Source: Octopus vulgaris (lineage: Eukaryota). From it: a stretch of DNA of 64,000 nucleotides. The stretch covers positions 27,156,001-27,220,000 of the forward strand of contig OX597830.1 of the NCBI GenBank assembly GCA_951406725.2, given 5' to 3'. A program made the translations under genes and the position numbers. The notes under the pieces are model-generated. The model saw only the letters and a program-made list of their open reading frames with translations. It was not told the DNA's origin and did no database searches. Below are positions 31,176 through 44,356 of this stretch, piece after piece. How positions within the stretch are numbered: the stretch's first letter is position 1; each line of letters begins with the position of its first letter.

Positions 31176-31355
31176 ATACAAGGGGGTGCTGGAAAGTTCC
31201 TGGCTTTAAGGGTGTTCCGAGGTTTTTTACAGGGCTTAGAAAAATTGAAGGACCGCTGCAATAAGTGTGTGAATATGTTGAATGAAATCATAATTAACTG
31301 ACCCTCCTCTATTTTCTTCTACCCCAAACCAGGAACTTTTCAGAACCCCTTTGTA
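31176..31355. mobile_element. Mariner-type MITE
   Basis: TIRs tacaagggggtgctggaaagttcctgg and ccaggaacttttcagaacccctttgta with TA flanks. Confidence 0.75.
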
Positions 31356-32954
31356 TTTAATGAACACTTGCATTAATAAAAAGATGACAATGTTAAATTC
31401 AACTTATCAGGGCATTATATTAAATAAACATGTATGCTTATCATCATTTAACGTCTGCTTTCCATGCTGGCATGGGTTGGAAAGCTTGACTGAGAACTGT
31501 CAAGCCAGGAAGCTGCACCAGGCTCCAGTCTGATCTGGCAAGGTTTCTACAGCTGGATGCCCTTCCTAACACCAACCACTCTGAGAGTGTAGAGGGTGCT
31601 TTTTACATGCCACTGGCATGAGGGCCAGTCAGGTGGCACTGGCATCAACCACACTCAATTGGTGTATTTTATGTGCCATTTGCATGGGAGCCACTCAGGC
31701 AACACTGGCATTGACCACACTCAAATGGTGCTTTTTATATGCGACCAGGACAGGAGTCAGTCAGGAAGCAGTGGTATTAACCACACTCAAATGGTGCTTT
31801 TTACATGCCACCGGCACAGGTACTAGTCAGGGAGTAATGGCATCAGCCATGACAATTTAACTTGAGTCAACAGATCTTTTCATGCACAGCATATTGCCTG
31901 ATGATTGAAGGGTCAGTTACACGACACTGGCATAAGCCAAAAATCTGTAAAGAGAAAGCAGACAAATGAAACGATAAAAAAAGGGGTAACCAGTTAGAAC
32001 ATTACTTTGGTTTTTAGCAGGACAACCAAAGTAATGATATTCTATATTGCTATGGACATGTCAGAATATAATTGCTTCACTTGAGGCCAATAGAATAAGT
32101 ACTAGGCTTACAAAGAATAAGTCCTGGGGTCGATTTGCCCAAATAAAGGCGGTGCTCCAGCATGGCCACAGTCAAATGACTCAAACAAATAAAAGAATAA
32201 AAGAAGAATAAAGACTGTTTCTAATTAAGAACAAGTTCAATCATATTCATTGTCTTCAATATTATTTAAGGCTGAGTCAATTACACTGACCCCAGTACTT
32301 GACAGATACTTAATTTTTTCTGACCCCAAAAGGACGAAAGGTAAAGTTGACCTTGATGGAATTTGAATTCCAGATTGTAAAGAGCTAGAAGAAATACCGC
32401 TAAACATTTTGTCTAGCACACTAATGATTCTTATTTCTTTACTGCCCACAAGGAGCTACACACAGAGAGGACAAACAAGGACAGACAAATGGAGTAAGTC
32501 GATTATATCGACACCAGTGCGTAACTGGTACTTATTTAGTCGACCCCGAAAGGATGAAAGGCAAAGTCTACCTGGGCGGAATTTGAACTCGGAACATAAC
32601 GGCAGACGAATACCGCTAAGCAATTCGCCTGGCATGCTAATGATTCTGCCAGCTCACCGCCAGCAGACAGCACACTAATGATTCTGTCAGCTCATCACCT
32701 TTTTCCATGCTGGAATGGGTTGAACAGTTCAACATGAGCAGATGAGCTAGAGGGCTGTGCTGTGTTCCAATGCTGGCTTTGGTATGGTTTTTAAAGCTGG
32801 ACGCCCTTTCTAATATCAACCACTTCACAATGTGTACAAGGTGCTTTTTTTCTTTTTTTGTAGCACCAGCACTGGTGTGGCCACTAAGTACTTACAAGAC
32901 AAGAACCCTCAACTAAGTAAGAGTATAGAATTCAGGGATGAGAAAGATAGTGGG

Positions 32955-33180
32955 CATCAGTTGTTAGTTATCGGAGCACTGCATCCATCAAAACTTCCAT
33001 GCTTCCTGAGATTCGCCAACGCTATACCTGATTTTCTCCCCTCCATACACATGCAAGCATGTATCTGACTCAAACACTGTTCACTTTCCAGACATTTGTA
33101 CATTACTGCATATGCTTTATATGCACTGTTTGACAAGTTGTGGTGCACCTGAGCACTGTATATAATAATTTCATTATTAT
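32955..33180 (+). mobile_element. CR1-like LINE 3' end
   Basis: Same as 45770-46050, which encodes FFTLRVAEAWNRLPASVV, the typical CR1 ORF2 C-terminus. Confidence 0.75.
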
Positions 33181-33204
33181 TTTAAGAGCAGGTGTGTGTA
33201 GCTG

Positions 33205-33252
<48 letters not shown>

Positions 33253-33458
33253 GACAGACAGATGGACAGCCAGACAGACAGGGATGTGAAGTCAAAGTAC
33301 AAAGTAAATATGAAAGACGGAATAGGATAGAGAAACAGAGGAACAGGAAAAGTGAACAGGTTGGTAAGTTTGCTAGAGTGAGAATAGCGTGAGAGATGAT
33401 TAGAGAAAGGGAATGATTTGGGTGCAGAGATGCTTATTGGAGTTAGGGAACAGCTTAC

Positions 33459-33527
33459 CTTCTTTTGTTTACACTTGGGCCCATAATCAGAGAGAAGTCT
33501 CAAGACATTGGCATCAAGGCGTTGCAC
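33459..33527 (-). CDS. CIBAR1: CIBAR1/FAM92 minus-strand copy, exon 4
   Basis: tttcAG|VQRLDANVLRLLSDYGPKCKQKK|GTaagc; 69 nt, phase 0/0; resembles FAM92 VERLEAKVVEPLKTYG. Confidence 0.9.
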
Positions 33528-34315
33528 CTGAAATCAACAATTTGTAAATGGAAATCACTTTTTTAAAGCTAGGTGAGTTACGTTGTTAGTTGTTTTGTAA
33601 TTGTCATAAATATTAGGGAGTTTAGTTAACAGAATGTTACACTTATTGCTGAAGAAGCTTTTATGACTAGACAAAGTGAGAAGAGGAAGTGAAATGGAAA
33701 TATGTCAATCAAAACGATATGATCAAATGATCAATCAGGTGATTAAATGACTCATTTTTGTTGGATGAAGGATCATAAGCATTGAGGAACTATGAGCAGC
33801 TACAAAGTGAATTATCAGTTTTAAATAAATATGAATACAAATAAACTCTATTACATACACAGAGTACTTAATTCTCATTTGTACATCCAAGTATATGTGT
33901 GGTGGCCATGGTGGAGCTGACAGTTGATCAGCCACTCCTGCGCCTATGTGCATGTGTATATATATATATATATATAAATAAAATATTTCGTTCTTGACAT
34001 TAGCAGTCGATGTTGCAAAGGTATTGGTCCACCAGCTGAAGAGTCAGAACCTGATTTTATTTAATACCTTTGGGGCTAAACTATATCCTTGGCAAAAGTG
34101 CCAAAGTCTCAAACTGGCCATTCCACCAAGATGTAAATCGGTATTGCAAGGTGGAATGTTCCAGTGACATAAGCAAAAAACACTGTAATACTAAATATTT
34201 CATCACCTTACAAGGTCCCCTTCCAGGGACTTATAGAGAGCTTCAATGAGCAAAACTTAACAAGGGATTTTACATATAATTCCTTGATCCACTAGAAATA
34301 GCAGTATAATCTTCT

Positions 34316-34807
34316 TTAACCCTTTAGCATTCAAACAAGCCATATCTGGCTAAAATATTATACCTACATGTTTGATGTTCTAGCGGGCCAAGTACACCCT
34401 CTCACACATACCCTACAACATCATTCTTAAAAAATAAACAATCGCATCATAGAAACCTTGATGCTACAAAATAATATATGATTAACTGAAAACAATGCAC
34501 TTAGTCCACACTGTTAAGTGGTTGGCATTAGGAAGAGCATCCAGTCATGAAAACCATGCCAAAACAGACCTTGCTGGTGCTGGGCTGAGTAAAAAGCACC
34601 TAGTCCACTCTGTAAAGTGGTTGGTGTTGGGAAGAGCATCCAGCTGTAAAAGCCTTGCCAAAACAGTGGAGCTTGGTGCAGTCCTCTAGGTTGCCTACTC
34701 TTGTCAAACTGTCCAACCCATGCCAGCATGGAAGATGGACATTAAATGATGATGATGAATAAATAAGCATTGCATTTAAGACAGGAATCTGAATGTTAAA
34801 GGGTTAA
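34316..34807. mobile_element. piggyBac-type MITE with nested RTE-tail fragment
   Basis: TTAA-ccctttagcattca ... tgaatgttaaaggg-TTAA; related copy at about 28188-28398. Confidence 0.75.
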
Positions 34808-35010
34808 ATCCTACCCAACCATTTCAAGAGAAGGAGGAGGCATTGGCTATTATAGTACCAGATGGAGTATGAAAAGACAAAACTGGAATATCTTTGACCA
34901 TAAAGCTTCTAGGAAGATAGCTGGACACAAAATAACAACAACAACAACAACTACAACATCTTCAATAACGGAAATTATGTTTCCACAAACAAATCAAAAA
35001 TGCATCTTAC

Positions 35011-35135
35011 CTCAGCCTGCCGATAATCTTGAATTGTGGACAAATTCTCAGCAAAAGTCGTGAGACATTTCTTGGAAGAGGGGTTCAAGGTTTCTTTGTC
35101 TACGTAGTTGACAATCAGCTGCGATATTTCATCAC
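35011..35135 (-). CDS. CIBAR1: CIBAR1/FAM92 minus-strand copy, exon 3
   Basis: aAG|(G)DEISQLIVNYVDKETLNPSSKKCLTTFAENLSTIQDYRQAE|GTaaga; 125 nt, phase 1/0; contains the FAM92 hallmark QDYRQAE. Confidence 0.93.
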
Positions 35136-35308
35136 CTTTCAAAAGTAAACAGCCATTTTTGGGAATTTGAAAGCCACATATAATTAAACTTTCCACAATT
35201 ACTCCCATTTTTGGAGTCTTGGTCATTGGACTGGATATATACTTCAATTTGGGGAAGCACAGCATGTGCATGTGTGTGTGTATAAATATATATATATATA
35301 TATATATC

Positions 35309-35347
<39 letters not shown>

Positions 35348-35891
35348 TGAGGGAATATTATACCAAACTTACATGGAAAAATTCAATTTAGAAATACTAA
35401 ATCAAATTTCAACAAATCAACCCGTGCTCCTCCGACCAACTCATGCTAGCACGGAAAACGGACGTTAAATGATGATGATGATGATAATATATATATATAA
35501 ATTAGAAGAAAAAAAACACCTTTTATCAATTCAACAATGAAAAATTAAATTATACCATCTAGAAAAATGACATCTTATAGAAAGATTAAATATAAGACAA
35601 TTAATCATTGTTATATGTTTTATCTTATATTTAATCTTTCTATAAGATGTATTAGTCCATTGTTTGTATTATAGTGCATTGTTTTACCATTCAAAACTTT
35701 TTATTCTTTAGCCGGAGCACAGCCTTGAGGAGTTTTAGTCGAACAAATCGCCCAACTGAACTTTTTTTTTAAGCTTAGTACTTATTTTATCAGTATCTTT
35801 TGTTGAACCGCTAAGTTATGGCGATGTAAACACACCAATACTGGTTGTCAAGTGGTAATGTAGGACACACAAAAACACACACATAAATATA

Positions 35892-37293
35892 TATTGGGTC
35901 ATCCCATAAATAATATGGTTTTTCATACTTTTATTTTTCAAAATTAAGATTAAGTTCTTTTTTAATCTAAAATATGCTCTCCTTCATTTTCTACAATGCT
36001 CTTCCATCTATCTGGTAGACTCGTAAGGCCCCTCTTCCAAAATTCACTTTTCTGCAACAAAAAATACTCCTTCAGTACTGTTCTGATCTCATCTAGAATT
36101 TATATTTTTCCCTCTAAATTATTTTGAAGATTGCAGAATAAGTGATAATCAAATGGGACAATGTCCAGCAAAATATGGTGAGTGGGGCATCGGTTCCCAT
36201 TCAAATTCCTCCAGCCTTTGGAATGTCATCCTCACTGTATGTGGCTGAGCATTATCCTCATGGAAGAACACCTTTCGTCTTGAAACTAAAGACGGTCGTT
36301 TTTCTTCTAGTGCTGTCTTAAGCCGCTCAAGCTGCTCACAGTATGTGTCCTTTGTTATCGCTTGTTTTGGGTCATCCCATAAATAATATGGTTTTTCATA
36401 TTTTTATTTTCCAAAATTAAAATAAAGTTCTTTTTTAATCTAAAATATGCTCTCCTTCATTTTCTACAATGCTCTTCCATCTATCTAGTAGGCTTGAAGA
36501 TTTAAAACCTTTCAAATCCTTTCAAATCCTACCAAACAGATAACAACACCCTTACGTGGGTGAAGACCTTCTTTAGCCTGAGGTACCAGTGTTTCTCCTT
36601 TCCCTACCCACTATCTTCGGCACTTGACATTTTATAAGAGAACCCATTTCTCATAAACAATCACTATTCGGCCCAGAAGAGGTTCATTCGTAAGACGTGA
36701 GAGCAAAGAAGAACACACATTCAATCACTACGTGCGATTAGACTGGACATGTTTGTGAGGAACACACTGACCCAATTTGCTGACTTTTCCGATAGCACGC
36801 AGGTGTCGATGAACGGTCGAATGATCAAATCCAAGTGTCTCTCCTAGTTCCTCAACAGTTACGATAGGATTTTGTCCCACCAGGTTTTGCAGGATGTCCT
36901 CGTCAAGCTATACAGATCTTCCAGGACAAGGCTCGTCTTCTAGGCCGTAGTTCCAGCTCAGAATTTCTGGAACCACTGTTGACACTTGCTTACACTTATT
37001 GTCCAATCCACAAATACTGCATTAATATTCCTCGCACATTCCGTTGCCTTGTTGCCTTAATTGAACTCATAAAGTAAAGTATGCCGAATATGCTATTTTG
37101 TCAATTCCATTATAGCTTTGAAAAAATAACTGTTAAAATCAAACTGCACTCTTCAAAACTTGCACTGAGAATAAGGACAAAGTATAATTACTACCTGCTT
37201 TTATAGCAAGTTGATCAAGTAGTTTATCCCATCCCCCTCTGACTTTAAGTTCGTAAAATTGAAAAAACTGCATCATTTATGGGATGACCCAAT
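35892..37293 (-). mobile_element. Degenerate mariner transposon
   Basis: TIRs tattgggtcatcccataaat and atttatgggatgacccaata. Decayed WVPH, DEKW, HxDNAxPH and DYHLF motifs. Internal re-duplication of one end at about 36366-36490. Confidence 0.9.
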
Positions 37294-37605
37294 ACATACA
37301 CACACACACATATATATATATATATGACAGGCTTCTTTCAGTTTCCATCTAACAAATCCACTCCCAAGGATTTGGTCTGCCTGAAGCTATGTTAGAAGAC
37401 ACTTGCCCAAGGTGTCACGCAGAGGGACTGAATCCAGAACCATGTGGCTGGTAACTAAGTTACTTACCACACAATCACGTCTGCACCTATATATATGTCA
37501 TCATCATCATCATCATCTCATCCAAAAAATGCCAGTGTGAAGACATGTAGGAATAAACATTCACAAATGCATATGCCTGTCACGAATCATGTTCATAATC
37601 ACAAA

Positions 37606-37837
37606 TACAGTGTTGGCCAAAAGTCACCCGACAGTAAATAAAAAAGTCCATAAATACTCTCTGGAATTCTCTATTGACTTGAATGGGAAAATGAGTCGCT
37701 CAGGAAGGACTTGAACAATATTCATGATGTTTCACATTTAGATGCTTTTATTAAATTCTTTCACTTGTTAAACATAAATAAATCTTGGAATTAAATGGTT
37801 TTGATTTACTGTCAGGTGACTTTTGACCAACTCTGTA
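37606..37837. mobile_element. Tc1-type MITE
   Basis: TA-cagtgttggccaaaagtcacccgacagtaaa ... tttactgtcaggtgacttttgaccaactctg-TA; paralog at about 62654-62890. Confidence 0.8.
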
Positions 37838-38026
37838 CAAATACACACACACACATAGATATACACACATACATATATATATATATACACACGCATATAT
37901 ATACACATATATATACACATATATAAATACATTTTTTTGACTTTTTATTAAAATTTTATGTATTGATTAAGTCTTTCCTTGTTTGTTTTGCAAAATAGTG
38001 GTTTTGTCTCTAATATTATATAATCA

Positions 38027-39901
38027 AGGATAAGCCCCTGTACCTGGCTTTCGTTGACATGGAGAAAGCCTTTGATAGGGTCCCCCGATCCCTCATCTGG
38101 TGGTCAATGAGGAAACTAGGGATAGATGAATGGCTGGTGAGGGCTGTGCAAGCCATGTACAGAGATGCCGTAAGTAAGGTTAGAGTTGGCAACATGTACA
38201 CAGAAGAATTCAAAGTAGAGGTTGGGGTCCACCAGGGTTCAGTACTCAGCCCCCTCCTATTTATCATAGTCCTCCAGGCAATAACGGAGGAATTCAAGAC
38301 AGGTTGCCCCTGGGAGCTCCTCTATGCTGACGACCTCGCTCTAATCGCTGAGTCACTATCAGAACTGGAGGAGAAGTTCCAGGTGTGGAAGGAGGGTTTA
38401 GAATCGAGGGGCCTTAGAGTCAACCTAGCTAAAACCAAAGTACTAATAAGTAGAAAGGTAGAAAACCCACAAATATCCTCAGGAAGATGGCCCTGCTCGA
38501 TCTGTAGAAAAGGTGTAGGTAGAAACTCTATAAGATGTACCCAGTGTAAGCTATGGACACATAAGAGGTGCAGCAATGTCAAAGGTAGGCTAACTGGGAA
38601 GATAGTTTTTGTATGTGGCAGGTGCTCTGGAGCATTGACCTCCGAAAATCTGCAGAAAACAACTTCTGTCACTTTCCGGGGGAAAAACTAGAAGTAGTTG
38701 ATAGCTTCCGCTATCTAGGTGACCAAGTCAGTAGTGGGGGTGGGTGCGCTGAAAGTGTAACTGCTAGAATAAGAATAGCCTGGGCAAAGTTTAGGGAGCT
38801 CTTACCTCTGCTGGTGACTAAAAGCCTCTCGCTCAGAGTAAAAGGCAGACTGTATGATGCATGTGTACGAACAGCTATGCTACATGGCAGTGAAACATGG
38901 GCCGTGACTGCTGAGGACATGCGTAAGCTCGTGAGGAACGAAGCCAGTATGCTCCGATGGATGTGTAATGTCAGTGTACTTACTCGACAGAGCGTTAGTA
39001 CCTTGAGAGAAATGTTGTACCTAAGAAGCATCAGTTGTTGTGTGCAAGAGAGACGATTGCGCTGGTATGGTCATGTGGCGAGAATGGATGAAGATAGGTG
39101 TGTGAGAAAGTGCCAATCCCTAGCAGTTGAGGGAACCCGTGGAAGAGGTAGACCCAGGAAAACCTGGGACGAGGTGGTGAAGCACGACCTTCGGACGTTA
39201 GGTCTCACCATGGAAATGACTAGAGACCGAGACCTATGGAAGTATGCTGTGCGTGAGAAGACCCGGCAAGACTAGTGAAGCCATAATCCGTGGCCCCTAC
39301 CTGGGACGTAGTCAGTCCACCTGTGCATACCTTCCTTCTTGTGACACTTGTGAAGACCTGTTGAGGCAAGTGAGAATCGAATCGTATCGAATCAAATCGA
39401 ACCAAATCAAAATAGATGAACATCAATGGAATTTGTATCCTTGTGGTACCAGTGCCGGTGGCACATAAGAAAACCATCCGAACGTGACCGTAGCCAGTAC
39501 CGCAATGACTGGCCTCCGTGCTGAGGGCACGTAACAAACACCATCCGAGCGTGGCCGTCCGCCAGCCTCGTCTGGCACCTGTGTCGGTGACACATAAGAA
39601 AACACCATCCGAGCGTGGCCGTCTGCCAGCCTCGTCTGGCACCTGTGTCGGTGGCACATAAAAAACACCATCCGAGCGTGGCCGTCTGCCAGCCTCGTCT
39701 GGCACCTGTGTCGGTGGCACATAAAATCACCCACTACACTCTCGGAGTGGTTGGCGTTAGGAAGGGCATCCAGCTGTAGAAACACTGCCACATCTGACTG
39801 GCCTGGTGCAGCCTTCGGGCTTCCCAGACCCCAGTTGAACCGTCCAACCCATGCTAGCATGGAAAGCGGACGTTAAACGATGATGATGATGATGATGATG
39901 A
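38027..39901 (+). mobile_element. 5'-truncated RTE-clade LINE with PHD-like finger
   Basis: FVDMEKAFDRV, QGSVLSP, YADD, F.YLG, RLRWYGHV, RGRGRPRKTW. One frameshift near 38678. 3' UTR with tandem repeats and (GAT)n tail. Confidence 0.93.
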
Positions 39902-39976
39902 TTTTACTATAAAATTGGATTTAATCCTAAATCTGATTTTTTCCCTGTAAATTTGGATTTATTCCCTAATATTTAT

Positions 39977-40016
<40 letters not shown>

Positions 40017-40178
40017 TCATCATCATATATATATGAGTGAGGTCGTTGCCAGTGCCGCTGGACTGGCTCCTGTGCAGGTGGCACATAAAAAGCACCATTT
40101 CAGCATAGCCATTGCCAGTACACACATACATATATATTATATGCGTATATATATGTGTATATATATATGCATGTGTAT

Positions 40179-40211
<33 letters not shown>

Positions 40212-40252
40212 CACATGCATATATATATACACATATATATACGCATATAATA

Positions 40253-40296
<44 letters not shown>

Positions 40297-40831
40297 CGAG
40301 GTCGTTGCCAGTGCTGCCGGACTGGCTCCTGTGCAGGTGGTATATAAAAAGCACCATTTGAGCATGGCCATTGCCAGTACCGCCTGACTGGCCCTCATGC
40401 CGGTGGCACGTAAAAGCACCCACTACACTCTCAGAGTGGTTGGCGTTATGAAGGGCATTCAGCTGTAGAAACTCTGCCAGATCAAGATTGGAGTCAGGTG
40501 CAGCCATCTGGTGCGGCAGACCTCAGTCACATCATCCAACCCATGCTGGCATGGAAAACGGACGTTAAACAATGATGATGATGATATAACATAAACTAAA
40601 CACAATTGTTTCAATGTGGAAAGTATTATATGAGTGTAAGTGTAATTTTAAAAAGAATTCTCATTGTGACATTCAATGCACAGGCATTAAGTAAATGTAA
40701 CAGAAAAATAAAAACAAGAAGATGCCAAAATAATTCCAGAACAATATTATATAATGGGTGAACATCATGAAATCACCCAAAGATACAAAGCATATCCTTC
40801 ACTTGTAAGCAAGTATGACTGGGCAACTTAC

Positions 40832-40947
40832 CTTTGTCCCGGATTCTTGCAGTTTTTCTAGTATAAGAATTAAAAGACACACAGAGGTCACCAAAATTTT
40901 TTTCAACATGTGCTAACCGGTCTTGGACGAATTTTGAAGTAAATGGA
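40832..40947 (-). CDS. CIBAR1: CIBAR1/FAM92 minus-strand copy, exon 2
   Basis: ttccAG|PFTSKFVQDRLAHVEKNFGDLCVSFNSYTRKTARIRDK(G)|GTaagt; 116 nt, phase 2/1; resembles FAM92 VEKHFGELC..Y.RKTARLRDK. Confidence 0.93.
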
Positions 40948-41041
40948 CTGGAAAACAAGAAACAAAAACAATAATAATTGCTCCAAACATAGGCATAAGA
41001 GCAGATATTGTGGAGAAGGGGTTAATTTTTATTCACTAGAT

Positions 41042-41594
41042 CAGGGGTTCTCAACCAATTTTTTTTATTTATCTATGGACCCCCTTGATTACTATTTTAT
41101 TCTTGTGGACCCCCACAGTCATTCGATGTTTAACCCTTTCGTTACTGTATTTATTTTGAGATGCTCTTTGTTTCTTTCAATTATTTTAAATATAACAAAG
41201 AGTTTAGTAAAATAACTTAGTTATCAATAAGCTAGTGTTAGAAACATAAATTGAGACTAAGCTTTGGTGAAAGATTTTAATTCAAAACTTATGAAAACAA
41301 GACATTTGTACTACAGAGCCAGAGCTGGATTCAGCCAGGTTGGTAACGAAAGGGTTAAAAACTAGAAGCTTCTTTCAAAATTCCTATTTTGTTTTCCACA
41401 CATTAACTAGCATAGGTTGATCTATGTAAAGTGTCAGAGAAAGAAACATAGCCCTTTCTTGCAATACATACCAATGCATACATCTAAATCAAAATTTTTT
41501 CAGGGGCCCTTAATATACTATTGTGGGTCCCCAATTTATTATTTTGTTACATGGACCCCACCAATCTTATATATACCCTGCTTGAGAACCACTG
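41042..41594. mobile_element. hAT-type MITE containing a nested piggyBac MITE (41131-41358)
   Basis: Outer ends caggggttctcaa and ttgagaaccactg; inner TTAA-ccctttcgttac ... gtaacgaaaggg-TTAA. Paralog at about 60850-61401. Confidence 0.78.
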
Positions 41595-43130
41595 CAGCAG
41601 ATGATTAATTCCATGTTTAAAGGGTAAAGATCCCCTTCAGTCATGAATGACTATGGCATTGCTCCTAGAAAGTTATCCTGGGAGGCACTAGTCCAGGCAA
41701 GGTTGTTTATGGAAGACCAGCAGTCATCCATGCATACCAGCCTCCCTTCACAACACCACTGGTGTTATCCAAGAGAAAAGCAAAGGCTGACACAGCTTGG
41801 CACCAGTGATGTTGTAACTCATTTCTATGGCCGAGTGAAGTGGAGCAACATGAATTTGAACTCTGAACGTAAAGACAGGCGAAATACCTATTTCTTTACT
41901 ACCTACAAGGGTAGTGCATTTCGCCCGGCATGCTAATATTTCTCATTTCTTTACTGCCCATAAGGGGCTACACACAGAGGGGACAAACAAGAACAGACAA
42001 ACGGATTAAGTCGATTATATCGACCCCAGTGTGTGACTGGTACTTATTTAATCAACCCCAAAAGGATGAAAGGCAAAGTTGACCTCTGCAAAATTTGAAC
42101 TCAGAACATAGCAGCAGACCACTAAGTATTTCGCCCAGCATGCTAATGGTTCTGTCAGTTCGCCGCCTTCGGGAGTGTAGTGGGTGTTTATTTTACATAC
42201 CACCAGCACAGGTACCATTGACCTGACACCGACATCGACCACAACTACGGTCTCATTTGACTTGCTTGTATAGACACCTGTCAAACCAAGTGAGACCGTA
42301 GTCGTGGCCAATGGTGGTGTCGTGTTGATGGCACCTGTGCCGGTAGCACATAAAAAACACCCACTACACTCTCGGAGTGGTTGGCATTAGGAAGGGCATC
42401 CAGCTGTATAAACCCTGTCATATCAGATCAGAACCTGGTTCAGCTCCTTGGCTAATCAGTTTTCAGTTAAACCGTCTAACCCATGCCAGCATAGAAAACG
42501 GACGTTAAATGATGATGATGATGATGACTAATATCAATAAAGGATCCATGGGGACACATCGATTGACGAGCAGCTTCAGTTTATCGACCTCGAAAGAATG
42601 AAAGGCGGAATTTGAACACGGAACATTCAAGAAACTTAGTACTGCCGCTAAGCAATTTGTCCGACGCGCTAACGACTCTGCCAGTTTACAGCCTTAAAAT
42701 AAGAAAATGTCTATATCTGAAGAGAACGTCATAGCACAGAAGGAATAATTTTATAGCACTGTGTCAGTCGTTTGTATCACAGACCAAGTGAAATCGATTT
42801 GGGATGATGATGTCCGAGTTTTATAAACGAACTCCATGAAAGATCCAAGTTACACAATAACGAGGGTGAAAGGGAGATAACCTAGGCTGTATCTAAAGGT
42901 GACGTAACTGCTAAGACTGTTATGTTCTGTTTACTCTTTTACTTGTTTCAGTCATTTGACTGTGGCCAAGCTGGAGCACTGCCTTTAGTCGAGCAAACCG
43001 ACCCCAGGACTTATTCTTTGTAAGCCTAGTACTTATTCTATCGGTCTTTTTTGCCGAACCGCTAAGTTACGGAAACGCAAACACACCAGCGTCGGTTGTC
43101 AAGCGATGTTGGGGGGACAAACACAGACAC

Positions 43131-43225
<95 letters not shown>

Positions 43226-43350
43226 TCCCAGGTTGAGTCGGGGTTAGTCACAGTCAATAAGGTACTCAATACATAGCAGAGTAAATTAATTTATTTTATA
43301 GATGGAGCTTCTACAGGACTAGAACTGTTTCATTCAAAAGATATCATCAG

Positions 43351-43401
43351 AGCTTCCTGGTGATTTCTTTTGAATGAAACAGTTCTAGTCCTGTAGAAGC
43401 T
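43351..43401 (+). ncRNA. Minimal type I hammerhead ribozyme motif (core variant)
   Basis: agcttc-CTGGTGA-t.ttc.tttt.gaa.t-GAAA-cag.ttctagtc.ctg-TA-gaagct: stems I, II and III all pair. The core has A6G here; the mirror copy on the minus strand has canonical CTGATGA (43344-43350). Confidence 0.7.
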
Positions 43402-43412
43402 CCTTCTATAAA

Positions 43413-43454
<42 letters not shown>

Positions 43455-43615
43455 TTCGAGACAAAACCACTATTTTGCAAAACAAACAAGGAAAGACTTA
43501 ATCAATACATAAAATTTTTAATATAAAGAAATAATTATATTATATTTTACTATAAAATTGGATTTAATCCTAAATCTGATTTTTTCCCTGTAAATTTGGA
43601 TTTATTCCCTAATAT

Positions 43616-43683
<68 letters not shown>

Positions 43684-44207
43684 GACGAGCTTCTTTCAGT
43701 TTCCGTCTACCAAATCCGCTCAAAGGGCTTTGTTCGACCCGGAGGCTATGGTAGAAGACACTTGCCCAAGGTGCCCCGCAATGAGACTGAACCCGGAACC
43801 ATGTGGTTGGTAAGCAAGCTACTTACCACGCAGCCACTCCTACGCCTAAATTTCGCAACATACTAACTTCAACCGGAAACTTTCACAGAAATAGCGTTGT
43901 TGATAGGCTCCACCTAAGAAGGGACGAAGGAGCTAGAGGCTTGAAATCAGTATAGACAGCCTTCAAATGCCGTATAGTTCTCCTTTCAGACAACACTTGC
44001 TAAACAACAGCACAAAATTAAAAACATTGATTTAGTGTTGAAAATTTAAGAGAAATAGGCGTAGGAGTGGCTGTGTGGTAAGTAGCTTGCTTACCAACCA
44101 CCTGGTTTCGGTTTCAGTTCCACTGCGTGACACCTTGGGCAAGTCTCTTCTACTATAGCCTTGTGAGTGGATTTGGTAGACGGAAACTGAAAGAAGTCCG
44201 TGGTATA

Positions 44208-44356
<149 letters not shown>

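Noticed and set aside
39440-39725. Regularly spaced repeats resembling a CRISPR array
   Set aside because: Whole units repeat with no unique spacers; eukaryotic LINE 3' UTR; no cas genes.
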